From the IMG/VR virus record IMGVR_UViG_3300023179_000013, positions 96,001 to 160,000 of that record: a stretch of DNA of 64,000 nucleotides. One strand, given 5' to 3'. The position numbers and the translations under genes are program-made. A model generated the notes under the pieces. That model was not told the origin of the DNA, searched no databases, and saw nothing but the letters and a program-made list of their open reading frames with translations. Source of the stretch: a virus. Positions 1 to 13,059 of the stretch are shown in pieces (the stretch's first letter is position 1; every line of letters starts with the position of its first letter).

Positions 1-1
1 A

Positions 2-1219
2 ACCGCATATAATAAAAGAATTATAGATAGAATTATACCTAAAAAAACAGCCCCTTCTTCATCTAATAATAATGCACAAACCAAATTTAAAGAACTTTTT
101 TCAGCATTAGATATTTTATTTACTTTTATAAATAGATTAAAATGGAATGATGATAAAGACTCTAATTTTGATTTAGATGAGAATAACAAATATAAAAATG
201 CGTTAAAGGATATTATTAATTATTTTAAAACTATAGGTAAATCCAAAACTAAAAGTAAAGCAATTATTCCTACTAAATTAAGTTTAACAATGGATGGTAT
301 AGGAGGAATAATAATTGGAAATATATTTAAAATACCAGATGAGGTATTACCTAGAGGGTATAAGGGAGGGGATGTTGGTGCCAGACTAGGGTATATAGTT
401 ACAGAAATAGGTCATTCTATAAGCAATAATGATTGGACAACAAATCTAACTGCCCAAACTATTATATTAGAAGAAGATAATACTGGAATTAAAATTGACT
501 ATGAAAATATAACTATTGCTCTACCAGTATATAAAGAAGTTACTTCTCCTGCTGAATCTAGCGGAACTGGAGGGACAGCTGAGACCAAATCTACCACTCC
601 AACTCCAAGTGGTGTAGGAAACGGCTGCAAAGCTGTAGCACCAGATGTTTCTTCAATTAAAGATAGTGAATTAGATATTATTAAAGGATCATTTACCACC
701 AACACAGGAACAGTAAATGAATTAGCAGTAGTAGATGGAAAACCAGTAGGAAAAGATGTAGCTAAAGCTATTATATTAATGAAAAGAGCGGCTGCTAAGG
801 ATGGAGTTGATTTAAGAGTAAATAGTGGGTTCAGATCACCTTACACTACTATTGGTCCTAATGGTCCAATACAATCAACAAAAGGAACTTCAGTTTCTTC
901 TACTTCTCAAGATACTTTATATAGTGCTTACCTTAAAAACGGTAAACCATTAACAGCTAAACCTGGAACATCTAATCATGGTAATGCTTTTGCATTTGAT
1001 CTAAATACAGGCTCAGTAACAGGAACTATTAAGTCTCCACTTAATAAAAAAGTATATCAGTGGTTAATAGATAATGCTCACAAGTACGGATTTGTAAGAT
1101 GGGTAGCAAAAGAAGAATGGCATTGGGAATATAGACCAGGCGAATACCAATATAATCAAAGAGTTCCAAGAGATAATAAATTATATGCTGGTATGAAAAC
1201 AGATAGCCCTTGTGGGTAA
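2..1219 (+). CDS. 5'-truncated structural (baseplate hub/tail-like) protein with C-terminal M15 (VanY-like) Zn peptidoglycan peptidase
   Basis: Frame is open from position 2 into the listed ORF at 290. C-terminal motifs SGFR, PGTSNHG..AFDL and EEWHWEY are typical of M15B peptidases, and follow a Ser/Thr/Gly-rich linker. Confidence 0.75.
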   Translation, partial: TAYNKRIIDRIIPKKTAPSSSNNNAQTKFKELFSALDILFTFINRLKWNDDKDSNFDLDENNKYKNALKDIINYFKTIGKSKTKSKAIIPTKLSLTMDGIGGIIIGNIFKIPDEVLPRGYKGGDVGARLGYIVTEIGHSISNNDWTTNLTAQTIILEEDNTGIKIDYENITIALPVYKEVTSPAESSGTGGTAETKSTTPTPSGVGNGCKAVAPDVSSIKDSELDIIKGSFTTNTGTVNELAVVDGKPVGKDVAKAIILMKRAAAKDGVDLRVNSGFRSPYTTIGPNGPIQSTKGTSVSSTSQDTLYSAYLKNGKPLTAKPGTSNHGNAFAFDLNTGSVTGTIKSPLNKKVYQWLIDNAHKYGFVRWVAKEEWHWEYRPGEYQYNQRVPRDNKLYAGMKTDSPCG

Positions 1220-1233
1220 TAAAATAAAACATT

Positions 1234-1773
1234 ATGGGATTTAGAGTACCAAAAAATCAAATCATTAAAAGCAAATATACCTCTGGTAAAGAGTATATGT
1301 TTGTTAGTACATATAGAGAATATCAAGGGTATTATTATGAAAGTAGTGGCAAATTATACGCCGGGGAAACATATGATTCAGCAGCGCCTGAATTAATAAG
1401 AATAAATTCAAATAATGTTAATCGTTTATTAACTAATCCTTTTACTTATGTTTATGGAAAAGTAGCTAAGAATAATACAATTAAATTTACCTCTCCAACA
1501 TTAGTCCCTTCAGTTGTTTTTAATCCAAACAACCAAACAACTCCATTTACTAATAGATATTTTACTAATAAAGTAAATGTTTCTCCTATTATTATTAAAG
1601 AAATAAGTAAAAGTACTTATGATAAGATTGTAACCGACCCTATATACAACACTGTAATGATAAAATGGAATAATGAAGGAAATAATGATATTGCTATAGC
1701 GGAAGCAGAAAAGAAAATGCCTGGAATAACTGCCTTTTTAAAAGAAGAAACAGGCGATTCTTTTGAAGGCTAA
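1234..1773 (+). CDS. Hypothetical phage protein
   Basis: 179 aa ORF with A-rich leader; no recognised motif. Confidence 0.6.
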   Translation: MGFRVPKNQIIKSKYTSGKEYMFVSTYREYQGYYYESSGKLYAGETYDSAAPELIRINSNNVNRLLTNPFTYVYGKVAKNNTIKFTSPTLVPSVVFNPNNQTTPFTNRYFTNKVNVSPIIIKEISKSTYDKIVTDPIYNTVMIKWNNEGNNDIAIAEAEKKMPGITAFLKEETGDSFEG

Positions 1774-1792
1774 ATTTTCTAACTTATATTTA
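1762..1792 (+). promoter_or_regulatory. Bacteroidetes-type promoter (TTTG-N19-TATATTTA)
   Basis: TTTG 1762-1765 and TATATTTA 1785-1792; the motif recurs in at least 9 intergenic regions. Confidence 0.6.
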
Positions 1793-1811
1793 AAGATAAA
1801 GGTTATGAAAT

Positions 1812-3116
1812 ATGTTTTATATAATAGAAAAACAAGATCAATTATCTAAACTAGGCCCGTTTGAAGATTGCTTCGTTAAATTCATCCCACACAACGACAA
1901 TTTCCATCCTAAACTTAGTCCGCTTAGCTTAATATACATTAGATCATTAAATGATCATAAGGGTTATATTTTGTGCTTAGACCACAATGAGTCATTTTCA
2001 TTAGATAAACAATCAGTTATTGATTGGCTTAATACTAACACAAACAAATTATGGGTGTTAGATAAGAAGGAAGCAATGTGTTGGTTTCCCAATGCTGATA
2101 AATTATATGATATTAATTTTATCGAACAACCCAACCTAACAGAAGCACTAAATATACCAGCTATTACGTTTTACTATAGCAAACACACTAATTATCCAAC
2201 TGTAAATCGACTGATTCCTATTAGTAAACACTACGAAGAATGCGAGAACGTGTTTGATGTAGTACTACCTATAATCCAAAAATACCGAGCAAATAACGTT
2301 GCTTATGCGTTTAATAACGGCCCACTTACGCGCGTGTTTCACGAGATTGAATCGCAAGGTATTAAAGTAGATAAGCAATGTTTTATCGATTGCTACGGCA
2401 ATGATTTAAAATACCCTGAATTTAATTTGGCTAAAGGTAAAATATATAGCCAATACAACTTATATACTACTACAGGTCGTCCGTCCAACACCTATAACAG
2501 CATTAATTTTGCTGCACTGAATAAAAACAATGGTGAGCGAATGTGCTATAGACCACAAAATACCAAATTTATTGAATTTGATATTCAGGGATATCACCCA
2601 CGATTAATTGGTGAAATGATTGACTTTAATTTCCCAAGTGATAGAAATTCATATGAATATTTAGGTGAATTATTAGGTGTAAGCCAACAAGAGGCCAAAG
2701 AATTGACATTCAAACAGTTGTATGGTGGTGTGTGGGCTGAATATAAAGACCAACCATTCTTTAGAGATGTAGCAAAATACGTTGATGAATTGTGGGATGA
2801 ATTTCAATACCAGGGGTATGTTAAAACACAAAATCGTTGCTTTAATCGCTCTGAATTACCAGATATGACGCCGGCTAAGTTGCTGAATTACGTCATCCAA
2901 AGCTGTGAGACATCAACAAACGTTATGTTAATTAATGCAATATTGAACATATTAAAAAATAAACAAACCAAATTAGTGTTGTACACTTATGATGCATTTC
3001 TATTTGATTGTGCTAAAGAAGATGGCAACGAATTATTAACCGAAATCCAAAACATTATATACTATCCCGTTAATATTAAACAGGGTAATACATATCATGG
3101 CTTGAAAAAAATCTAA
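1812..3116 (+). CDS. Compact family A DNA polymerase-like protein
   Basis: TTTGRPS; motif A EFDIQGYHPRL; motif B AKELTFKQLYGG; NYVIQS; motif C YTYDAFLFD. Confidence 0.8.
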   Translation: MFYIIEKQDQLSKLGPFEDCFVKFIPHNDNFHPKLSPLSLIYIRSLNDHKGYILCLDHNESFSLDKQSVIDWLNTNTNKLWVLDKKEAMCWFPNADKLYDINFIEQPNLTEALNIPAITFYYSKHTNYPTVNRLIPISKHYEECENVFDVVLPIIQKYRANNVAYAFNNGPLTRVFHEIESQGIKVDKQCFIDCYGNDLKYPEFNLAKGKIYSQYNLYTTTGRPSNTYNSINFAALNKNNGERMCYRPQNTKFIEFDIQGYHPRLIGEMIDFNFPSDRNSYEYLGELLGVSQQEAKELTFKQLYGGVWAEYKDQPFFRDVAKYVDELWDEFQYQGYVKTQNRCFNRSELPDMTPAKLLNYVIQSCETSTNVMLINAILNILKNKQTKLVLYTYDAFLFDCAKEDGNELLTEIQNIIYYPVNIKQGNTYHGLKKI

Positions 3117-3121
3117 TATTT

Positions 3122-3544
3122 ATGGCGGCACAACTAAATGACTTTTTGGACTTGAACAAACTATTCTGCACCTTTACTTCTCCTGCGGACCTAGATGAAA
3201 CTGTAGCAACGATTAATCGCAAGTATGCAGTGTTATTTAACAAAATATTCATCCTTGAATCACCCCAAAGCGATGAATTAATGTGTACTTATAACATTGA
3301 TACAGGAAATATGGCTTCATCTCCAATGTCTAATACAATATTACTCCACCGCAAAAAGGAAAGTAACACATTATACACCATTAATGCACTTAACACATTA
3401 ATTATGTCATTGAATGGTGGTATATTAGATAAAAATTTCATTATTAATTGGCAGGACTATAAAAATAGCATATTATTAACCAATGGTCCGGATTTACGTA
3501 AATTAGATACGTCTATCCACAAGATTATTGATTTTAATAAGTAA
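3122..3544 (+). CDS. Hypothetical protein in replication module
   Basis: 140 aa ORF between the PolA-like gene and SSB. Confidence 0.6.
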   Translation: MAAQLNDFLDLNKLFCTFTSPADLDETVATINRKYAVLFNKIFILESPQSDELMCTYNIDTGNMASSPMSNTILLHRKKESNTLYTINALNTLIMSLNGGILDKNFIINWQDYKNSILLTNGPDLRKLDTSIHKIIDFNK

Positions 3545-3546
3545 GT

Positions 3547-3577
3547 TTTGAAACCATAAAGAAGAATCATAGATTCA
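3547..3577 (+). promoter_or_regulatory. Bacteroidetes-type promoter (TTTG-N19-TAGATTCA)
   Basis: Same spacing as the other copies; upstream of SSB. Confidence 0.45.
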
Positions 3578-3622
3578 ATTAATATTGTGTTCATAGAACA
3601 CCTCATTTAAAAACAACATAAC

Positions 3623-4447
3623 ATGGACTTAAGTCTCATCAAGCAGAAGTTGTCCGCTTCTCAAAACAAAGGACAAAAACGTGAAAAAGTCGATTACAGT
3701 AAGATCTTCTGGAAACCAAAACCAGGTAAGTATCAGATCCGAATTCTCCCCTCAAAGTTCGACAAATCAAATCCATTCCGCGAAGTTTATTTTCACTATG
3801 GTTTTTCTAAAGGACCAATCTTAGCATTGACTAATTGGAACGAGAAAGACCCTATTGCTGAATTCGCAAAAAATCTCCGCAAATCTGCTGACAAAGAAGA
3901 TTGGCAATTAGCTAAAAAAATTGAACCAAAACTTCGTTACTTCGTTCCAGTATTGGTACGTGGTGAAGAAGCTCAAGGCGCTCGCCTATGGGAATTTGGT
4001 AAATTAATTTATGAGCAATTGTTAGGTATCGCTGCAGACGAAGATTATGGTGATTTCACAGACATCACTGATGGACGTGACTTTACAATCGACGCTGTTG
4101 AAGATGTAGTTGCTGGTAGAAAAGGTATCAAATGTAACATTCGTGTTAAGCCTAAAACATCTCCTATCTCTGAAGATGCAACAGTAGTAACTAAAGCATT
4201 GGAAGAGCAACCAGACATTCTTACTATCAACAAACACTATTCATTTGATGAATTGAAAGATTTATTAGATAAATGGTTAAATCCTGATAGCGAAGAAGAT
4301 ACTGATGCTCCAATCGCATCTAAAGATGAAGAAGAGGAAGATGAATTTCTTGCTGAACTAAACAAGCCAGTAGAACAAACCTATAAGCTTGATACTAGTG
4401 CAACTAAGACATCTAACGCAGACAAATTCGACGATTTATTTAATTAA
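3623..4447 (+). CDS. T4 gp32-like single-stranded DNA-binding protein
   Basis: FWKP..IRILP N-terminus, WEFGK, acidic tail ending FDDLFN; position before recA. Confidence 0.8.
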   Translation: MDLSLIKQKLSASQNKGQKREKVDYSKIFWKPKPGKYQIRILPSKFDKSNPFREVYFHYGFSKGPILALTNWNEKDPIAEFAKNLRKSADKEDWQLAKKIEPKLRYFVPVLVRGEEAQGARLWEFGKLIYEQLLGIAADEDYGDFTDITDGRDFTIDAVEDVVAGRKGIKCNIRVKPKTSPISEDATVVTKALEEQPDILTINKHYSFDELKDLLDKWLNPDSEEDTDAPIASKDEEEEDEFLAELNKPVEQTYKLDTSATKTSNADKFDDLFN

Positions 4448-4460
4448 TTAAAACTGATTT

Positions 4461-5567
4461 ATGGCGAAAGCAAAAAGCTCACTTAGTGAGGTTGTATCTG
4501 CCTCCTTGAAAGGTGGTTTCGATTTGGATAAGTTTAAGAAATCCAAATTCTTAGATCAATCCTCAAAATTTAAAAAACAGCGCTGGTTAACATTCTCACC
4601 AGCACTACGTGATGCGCTTTCAATTCCTGGTATTCCTCTGGGCCACGTGTTCGTGGCTCGAGGAGGATCAGATACAGGTAAAACTACTATGCTGATTGAA
4701 GCAGCAGTTGAAGCTCAAAAGCAAGGTATATTGCCTGTATTTATCATTACTGAAATGAAATGGGACTTCTCACATGCTCAGAAAATGGGATTCCAGTGTG
4801 AAGCAGTTCCTGATGATGCAACTGGAGAAGTAGTAGATTACAAAGGATTCTTCCTCTATGTAGATAGATCCTCTCTAAACACTATTGAAGATGTATCTCA
4901 TTTCATTGCTGATATTTTAAGCGAACAGAAAGATGGTAAATTACCTCATGATCTATTGTTCCTATGGGACTCAGTAGGTTCTATTCCATGCGAAATGAGC
5001 GTTAAACAAGGTAATAATAACCCTATGTGGAACGCAGGCGCTATGGCAACTCAATTTGGTAATTTCATTAACCAACAATTCCCACTATCACGTAAAGAAA
5101 GTTATCCATACACTAATACATTATTCATTATTAACAAAACAGGTGTACAACCAGCATTAACGCCTATGAGTCAACCTCGTATGACTAATAAAGGTGGTAA
5201 CTCAATGTACTGGGATGCTACAATTGTAGCTACATTTGGTAACGTTACTAATAGTGGTACTTCAAAAATTAGTGTACAACATAAGGGTAAGAAAGTAGAA
5301 TTTGCAAAACGTACTAAAATCGCTATCGATAAGATTCATGCTGATTATGGTATTGCTACTGCATCAACTGTACTTGTTACTCCTCACGGATTCATTCCTG
5401 ATACGCCTGAGGCAATTAAAGAGTACAAGAAAACCTATGCTCATGAATGGTTTAATGAAGCCATTGATGTATCTGACCTAGTACAGGTTGAAGATAATAG
5501 CGAATGGGAAGAAAGTAGTAAAATATCACCAACAATCGAAATCGATAACGAAGGAAATGAAGAATAA
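4461..5567 (+). CDS. uvsX: RecA/UvsX-like recombinase
   Basis: Walker A GGSDTGKTT, Walker B FLWDSVG, IIN..GGN motifs. Confidence 0.85.
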   Translation: MAKAKSSLSEVVSASLKGGFDLDKFKKSKFLDQSSKFKKQRWLTFSPALRDALSIPGIPLGHVFVARGGSDTGKTTMLIEAAVEAQKQGILPVFIITEMKWDFSHAQKMGFQCEAVPDDATGEVVDYKGFFLYVDRSSLNTIEDVSHFIADILSEQKDGKLPHDLLFLWDSVGSIPCEMSVKQGNNNPMWNAGAMATQFGNFINQQFPLSRKESYPYTNTLFIINKTGVQPALTPMSQPRMTNKGGNSMYWDATIVATFGNVTNSGTSKISVQHKGKKVEFAKRTKIAIDKIHADYGIATASTVLVTPHGFIPDTPEAIKEYKKTYAHEWFNEAIDVSDLVQVEDNSEWEESSKISPTIEIDNEGNEE

Positions 5568-6582
5568 ATATGCGGACATGTTGTCCAAAGTCAATAATGA
5601 TCAGCGTGGAGTTTCTGACTCCATTCTGATTATTGATGGTTTAAATACCTTTCTTAGATCATTTACTATGATCAACCATATAAATCCAGACGGCCACCAC
5701 ATAGGTGGCCTAACTGGATTTTTAAAATCAGTTGGGTATGCTATCAAAATGATAGAACCAACCAAAGTAATTATAGTATTTGATGGAGCTGGAGGATCTA
5801 ACGCCAAACGAAATTTATATCCTGAATATAAAGCAAACAGAAATAAATCTCGAATGACTAATTACTCTATCTTTAGCTCTAAAGATGAAGAGAACGAGTC
5901 TATCAATAACCAGATGGCAAGATTGATTCAGTACCTTCAATGCCTACCAGTTACAATGATTGTAGTAGATGGAATTGAAGCAGATGATACAATTGGCTAT
6001 TTAGTAGGTAAATTTGAAAAATACCCTTCAACTAAAGAAGTAACAATATTATCAGCCGATAAAGATTTCCTTCAATTAGTAAGTAATAAGGTTCAAGTAT
6101 ATTCTCCAACCAAAAAGAAAATATACAAACCAAAAGACGTATTAGATGAATTTAATGTTAGTAGCTACAATTTCGTTAACTATAAAATATTAATGGGAGA
6201 CAATTCAGATAACCTACCTGGTATTGATGGTTTAGGACCTAAAAAGGTAATTAAAATGTTTCCTGAATTAGCTAGCGACACACCAACAACATTAAATGAA
6301 ATGTTAGAAAAAGCAAACAATAAAATAGGTGAACATGATTTGTATGCTCGTATAGTTGAAAGAAAACATCAATTAGAAATTAATAGTAAACTGATGAATT
6401 TGCAGACTATGCCTATATCACCTGAGAATATAGAAATAATACAACGTAGTTTTAATTTGCCTTATGAATTGAATGCTCATGCATTTATGACTATGTATGT
6501 AGCTGATCGCCTTGGAGAAAGTATACCAAATACTCCTAATTGGCTTAATCAAGTATTTGGTCCTTTAAATTCCTTTAAGTAA
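5557..6582 (+). CDS. rnh: 5'-3' exonuclease / RNase H (flap endonuclease family)
   Basis: IIDGLN, VFDG, YKANR, EADD, SADKDF, GDNSDNLPGIDGLGPK; likely start is ATG 5557 rather than TTG 5488. Confidence 0.9.
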   Translation: MKNKYADMLSKVNNDQRGVSDSILIIDGLNTFLRSFTMINHINPDGHHIGGLTGFLKSVGYAIKMIEPTKVIIVFDGAGGSNAKRNLYPEYKANRNKSRMTNYSIFSSKDEENESINNQMARLIQYLQCLPVTMIVVDGIEADDTIGYLVGKFEKYPSTKEVTILSADKDFLQLVSNKVQVYSPTKKKIYKPKDVLDEFNVSSYNFVNYKILMGDNSDNLPGIDGLGPKKVIKMFPELASDTPTTLNEMLEKANNKIGEHDLYARIVERKHQLEINSKLMNLQTMPISPENIEIIQRSFNLPYELNAHAFMTMYVADRLGESIPNTPNWLNQVFGPLNSFK

Positions 6583-6598
6583 ATTTATAAAATAAGTT

Positions 6599-7981
6599 AT
6601 GACAACATTAAGTAAATTAAATCAATACGGAAACGCGTTTCAAGTTAAAGTACTAGGAGCACTATTAACACAACGTGAGTTCCTTCTCAACATAGCAGAT
6701 TCATTAGACCCAGAATACTTTGAATCCAGTGCTCATAAATGGACAGTAGAATACGTTCAAAAATACTTCCAACAATATCACACTTATCCCACTATTGAAA
6801 CATTATCAATCGAAATTAAAAAAATTGAAAATGAGGTATTACGAATTTCTCTCACTGACTCACTTCGTGAAGCTTATAAAATGGCTGACGTTAGTGATTT
6901 GGAATGGGTTGAAAAAGAATTTAGCGATTTCTGTAAGAACCAGCAAATGAAAAAAGCCATTATGACCTCTGTTGATCTACTCAACATGGGAGATTATGAT
7001 GGTATCAGAGCATTGATTAACGATGCTATGAAAGCAGGTGAAGATAAAAACGTTGGTTTGGATTATGCAGTAGATATTGAAACACGATATCGCGATGATG
7101 ATAGAGGCGCTATTCCATTCCCTTGGAAAACATTCAACGACCTTACACAAGGTGGTTATGGTAAAGGCGATTTAGTACTACTATTCGGTAACCCAGGCGG
7201 TGGTAAATCATGGGGTGTTATGGCTATGGGTGCTTACGCAGCAGCATTAGGATATAATGTTATCCACTACACACTAGAACTATCTGAAGGGTACGTTGGT
7301 AAACGTTATGATGCAATATTTTCAGGTATTGATGTTGATAAACTAAATGAGCATCGTACAGATGTGGAAGAATCAATTGCTAAGGTTAAGGGTAAAATAA
7401 TGATTAAAGAATACGCACCTAAACGCGCGTCTTTAGATACGATAGAGGCCCATCTTCAGCAACTTGAACATCAGAATGAGTTTAAACCCGATTTGATTAT
7501 AATTGATTATTTGGACTTGCTACGCACTAAAGGTAGAAAGGAACGTAAGGATGAAATTGATGACGTTTACACTGATGCTAAAGGTTTAGCAAAACAGCTC
7601 ATGATTCCAATTGTATCACCATCACAAGCAAATAGAACAGGCGCTGATGAAGATATCTTACAAGCTAAAAACGCAGCAGGATCATACGATAAGATCATGA
7701 TTGGAGATATCATTGTATCATTAGCACGTGGACGTAAAGATAAAGTAAACGGAACAGGTAACTGGCACTTCATCAAAAACAGATATGGTGCTGATGGATT
7801 AACATTCAGCTCCAAAATTAATACCGCAAACGGATTTATAGATATATACGATCAACCTCTAGATGATGAAGAATTTGAAACTAAGAAGAACAATAAGAAA
7901 ACAAATGACTTCTCTGATGTAGGAGTAGAAGATAGATTTGTTCTTCGAAGTAAGTTTGCTAAATTTGAAGAGGAACAATAG
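6599..7981 (+). CDS. DnaB/gp41-like replicative helicase
   Basis: Walker A GNPGGGKS, YTLELS, IIIDYLDLL, SQANR, KNRYG. Confidence 0.9.
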   Translation: MTTLSKLNQYGNAFQVKVLGALLTQREFLLNIADSLDPEYFESSAHKWTVEYVQKYFQQYHTYPTIETLSIEIKKIENEVLRISLTDSLREAYKMADVSDLEWVEKEFSDFCKNQQMKKAIMTSVDLLNMGDYDGIRALINDAMKAGEDKNVGLDYAVDIETRYRDDDRGAIPFPWKTFNDLTQGGYGKGDLVLLFGNPGGGKSWGVMAMGAYAAALGYNVIHYTLELSEGYVGKRYDAIFSGIDVDKLNEHRTDVEESIAKVKGKIMIKEYAPKRASLDTIEAHLQQLEHQNEFKPDLIIIDYLDLLRTKGRKERKDEIDDVYTDAKGLAKQLMIPIVSPSQANRTGADEDILQAKNAAGSYDKIMIGDIIVSLARGRKDKVNGTGNWHFIKNRYGADGLTFSSKINTANGFIDIYDQPLDDEEFETKKNNKKTNDFSDVGVEDRFVLRSKFAKFEEEQ

Positions 7982-8016
7982 TATATACTATATTTATAAC
8001 TACACAAATAAAAGAT

Positions 8017-8283
8017 ATGTTAACAGTAAAAAGATACACTGCAACGTGGTGCCAACCATGTAAGCAACTTGCCCCTATATTTGAAGAATTGCAAAGAGAG
8101 ATAACAAATACTCATTTTGAAACAATTGACGTTGACATGGACAGAGAAGCAGCCATAGAAAAAGGAATATCTTCTGTTCCAACAGTTATATTAGAAAAAG
8201 ATGGAACACAAGTATACCGCTTTAGTGGTGTGTTACCTAAATCGGTTATAGCTGGTATCATTAAACAACATCTAAACAACTAA
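8017..8283 (+). CDS. trxA: Thioredoxin
   Basis: WCQPCK active site, SVPT cis-proline loop. Confidence 0.9.
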   Translation: MLTVKRYTATWCQPCKQLAPIFEELQREITNTHFETIDVDMDREAAIEKGISSVPTVILEKDGTQVYRFSGVLPKSVIAGIIKQHLNN

Positions 8284-8298
8284 AAAATAGAACAAAAA

Positions 8299-10712
<2,414 letters not shown>

Positions 10713-10715
10713 TAT

Positions 10716-11396
10716 ATGAAAAAAGGTTATGTTTTACTGGTTATTTTACTCCTAGCATTTACTAGTTGTAAGAAAGTTCTTGGTATTAGAGATGATCCAT
10801 ACCCATTTGAAAATGGTAAACGATCAAAATTAGCTATGCGCTATCCTCAAGACGCTAGAGGTTATTATCTAGTTCCAATTGATACAACAACTAATTCAAA
10901 TCGATTTGACATTTATGTTGAAGCAACTAAACTAATTCCATTCTACTGGTACAATGGAACATCAGTAATGAGTGTTAAATTTGATTGTAATTCATATTGG
11001 GTATTAGGAGCAGGACAAAATGACCTGGTAGTTAACATTCCATTATATAGCCCATTTACTAGCTTATATAGTAGCCCATACTTTAATACTCCACTTCCAG
11101 TAAAAGATACTACTGTAGTATTAAACCAATATAGAAACAGTATTGTGTCTGTTGTGCAGGAGTCAAGCATATATTTAAAAGAATATTTCCCTGGCAGCAT
11201 GTATCAACCAGCAGATGAATATCAGCCTGAAAGTGGGATGATGTGGGGTAAGCGTATTGTAGGTCCTATTCCTAGATATTTTAAGGGAGATACTATAACA
11301 GTATATTCTAAAATCTTTTGGGATGCCGGAAATTATACTTATACTCACCCTCAAGAGACAACTAAAATTGATAGCGTAAAAGTAATCTTTAAATAA
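10716..11396 (+). CDS. Lipoprotein
   Basis: Signal peptide II MKKGYVLLVILLLAFTS-C. Confidence 0.7.
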   Translation: MKKGYVLLVILLLAFTSCKKVLGIRDDPYPFENGKRSKLAMRYPQDARGYYLVPIDTTTNSNRFDIYVEATKLIPFYWYNGTSVMSVKFDCNSYWVLGAGQNDLVVNIPLYSPFTSLYSSPYFNTPLPVKDTTVVLNQYRNSIVSVVQESSIYLKEYFPGSMYQPADEYQPESGMMWGKRIVGPIPRYFKGDTITVYSKIFWDAGNYTYTHPQETTKIDSVKVIFK

Positions 11397-11992
11397 TGAA
11401 AAAACAATACATCACTAGAAAAGGTTCATTTGACTCTGGTCATAGAGTAATGAATGAACGAATGAAATGCTTTAACATTCATGGACATACTTACCTGTAT
11501 GAGCTTGAATTTGAATTTAATGAAATGGAAGAAATCGGTTATGCAATCGATTTTAAAGAAATTAAACGTGTAGGATGTCAGTGGATTGATGATATTCTAG
11601 ATCACGGTATGATTTTAAATCCACAAGACACTAAATTAATTGAAACTACTAAAGATTATGGTACTAAAATATGGTTAATGTCTTTAAGTGGTGAAGGACA
11701 ATATTGCAATCCATCAGTAGAAAATATTGCTAAAGAGGTATTCCTAGCAATGATGGTATTATTTCAACCATATAAGAATCTTAGAATTCATAAAGTAACT
11801 ATTTATGAAACACCAAATTGCTCCACAATATGTCTTAGAGAATCAATCTCAGATATTGAAGCAAATAACTGGATGAAAGTTAGATTCAATGAAGTAAATC
11901 AATATGCAACAGATAAAGGAGTAATTGAATATGACGACAGAAAAATATCAGATTCATCAACTGAGCAGATTAATTATCTCGAAAACAAATAA
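11396..11992 (+). CDS. queD: 6-carboxytetrahydropterin synthase
   Basis: FDSGHR, CFNIHGHTY, IDF, LDH, PSVENIA, YETP. Confidence 0.9.
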   Translation: MKKQYITRKGSFDSGHRVMNERMKCFNIHGHTYLYELEFEFNEMEEIGYAIDFKEIKRVGCQWIDDILDHGMILNPQDTKLIETTKDYGTKIWLMSLSGEGQYCNPSVENIAKEVFLAMMVLFQPYKNLRIHKVTIYETPNCSTICLRESISDIEANNWMKVRFNEVNQYATDKGVIEYDDRKISDSSTEQINYLENK

Positions 11993-12005
11993 TCTAAATT
12001 AATAT

Positions 12006-12791
12006 ATGAAAGTCAGTCACGAACTGCCAATTGAATTATTACATTATAGTTATGCATGGAATGATTATGATTATTGTCTTCCCCATCTAATAGACAAATC
12101 AGATAGATATAGATTATTCTTTCAAAAAGCTCGTTTAAATAAACGTTTTATTATCATGGATAATGGTCTGTTTGAAGGAGTAAAACATACAACAGAGGAT
12201 CTATTTAATAAAATGTTTATTGTTAATCCTAATATCTTTATTGTACCTGATGAATGGAATGATTCAGCTGCTACTATTAGAAATGCTAAGCATTGGATGA
12301 TTAACTATAAAAAAGATTTACCTGATCAAACTAATTTAATGGCAGTATGTCAAGGTAAAACCATAGCTGATTTAATTACTACATATCAAACATTAGTTGA
12401 TTTAGGTTATAAACACATTGCATTTAATCATTCAAGTGAAGCATACTCAAACAAATACCCCGAACATACTCCGGTATATGCTAAGATGTATGGTAGAATT
12501 GAATTGATTAGAGTGTTAATGGAAAGAGATATTATTAGAAAAGACATTTACCATCATTTGCTTGGTGTCTCATTACCTCAAGAGATAATTGCTTATAGTG
12601 GATTTGACTGGATTAAATCAGTAGACACTTCTAATCCAATTATTGTTGGTTATAAAGGAGAACGCTATACAGATAGTGGTATTAATTTCAAACCAACTGA
12701 AAAGATAGAAGATCTCTTTGATAAAGACTTGGAAGACAAGATGGAAGATATTATCTTTAATGTAAACAAATTTAAACAATATGCCAAATAA
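12006..12791 (+). CDS. TGT-fold (DpdA-like) transglycosylase, probably inserts a 7-deazaguanine into DNA
   Basis: IIMDNGLFE, VPD, AVCQG, HHLLG and SVDTS echo TGT/DpdA motifs (DSG.F, H.LG, S.DS); lies between queD and queC. Confidence 0.65.
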   Translation: MKVSHELPIELLHYSYAWNDYDYCLPHLIDKSDRYRLFFQKARLNKRFIIMDNGLFEGVKHTTEDLFNKMFIVNPNIFIVPDEWNDSAATIRNAKHWMINYKKDLPDQTNLMAVCQGKTIADLITTYQTLVDLGYKHIAFNHSSEAYSNKYPEHTPVYAKMYGRIELIRVLMERDIIRKDIYHHLLGVSLPQEIIAYSGFDWIKSVDTSNPIIVGYKGERYTDSGINFKPTEKIEDLFDKDLEDKMEDIIFNVNKFKQYAK

Positions 12792-13059
12792 AATGTTATC
12801 GTTGTTTGATTATTTAGGCCAACCAGCCGGAAAAGAATTAGGAGCACAAGTTGCTGCCTATGCTAAAATTAGAAAAGCAAGTTATAGTTCACGTTACGTA
12901 ACTAATCCTAAATACAGTGGACCAGTATTGTTGTATACTAAAGAATTTCTTGATGAATGTTTTTTAATTAAAAAAATATTCACAGACAATACAGACTATA
13001 CTGAAATCAACACTCAGTTAGCAGAAGAAGCATTTAATAAAACAGAAAATATATTTTAA
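12781..13059 (+). CDS. Hypothetical protein
   Basis: 92 aa ORF translationally coupled to queC. Confidence 0.55.
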   Translation: MPNKMLSLFDYLGQPAGKELGAQVAAYAKIRKASYSSRYVTNPKYSGPVLLYTKEFLDECFLIKKIFTDNTDYTEINTQLAEEAFNKTENIF

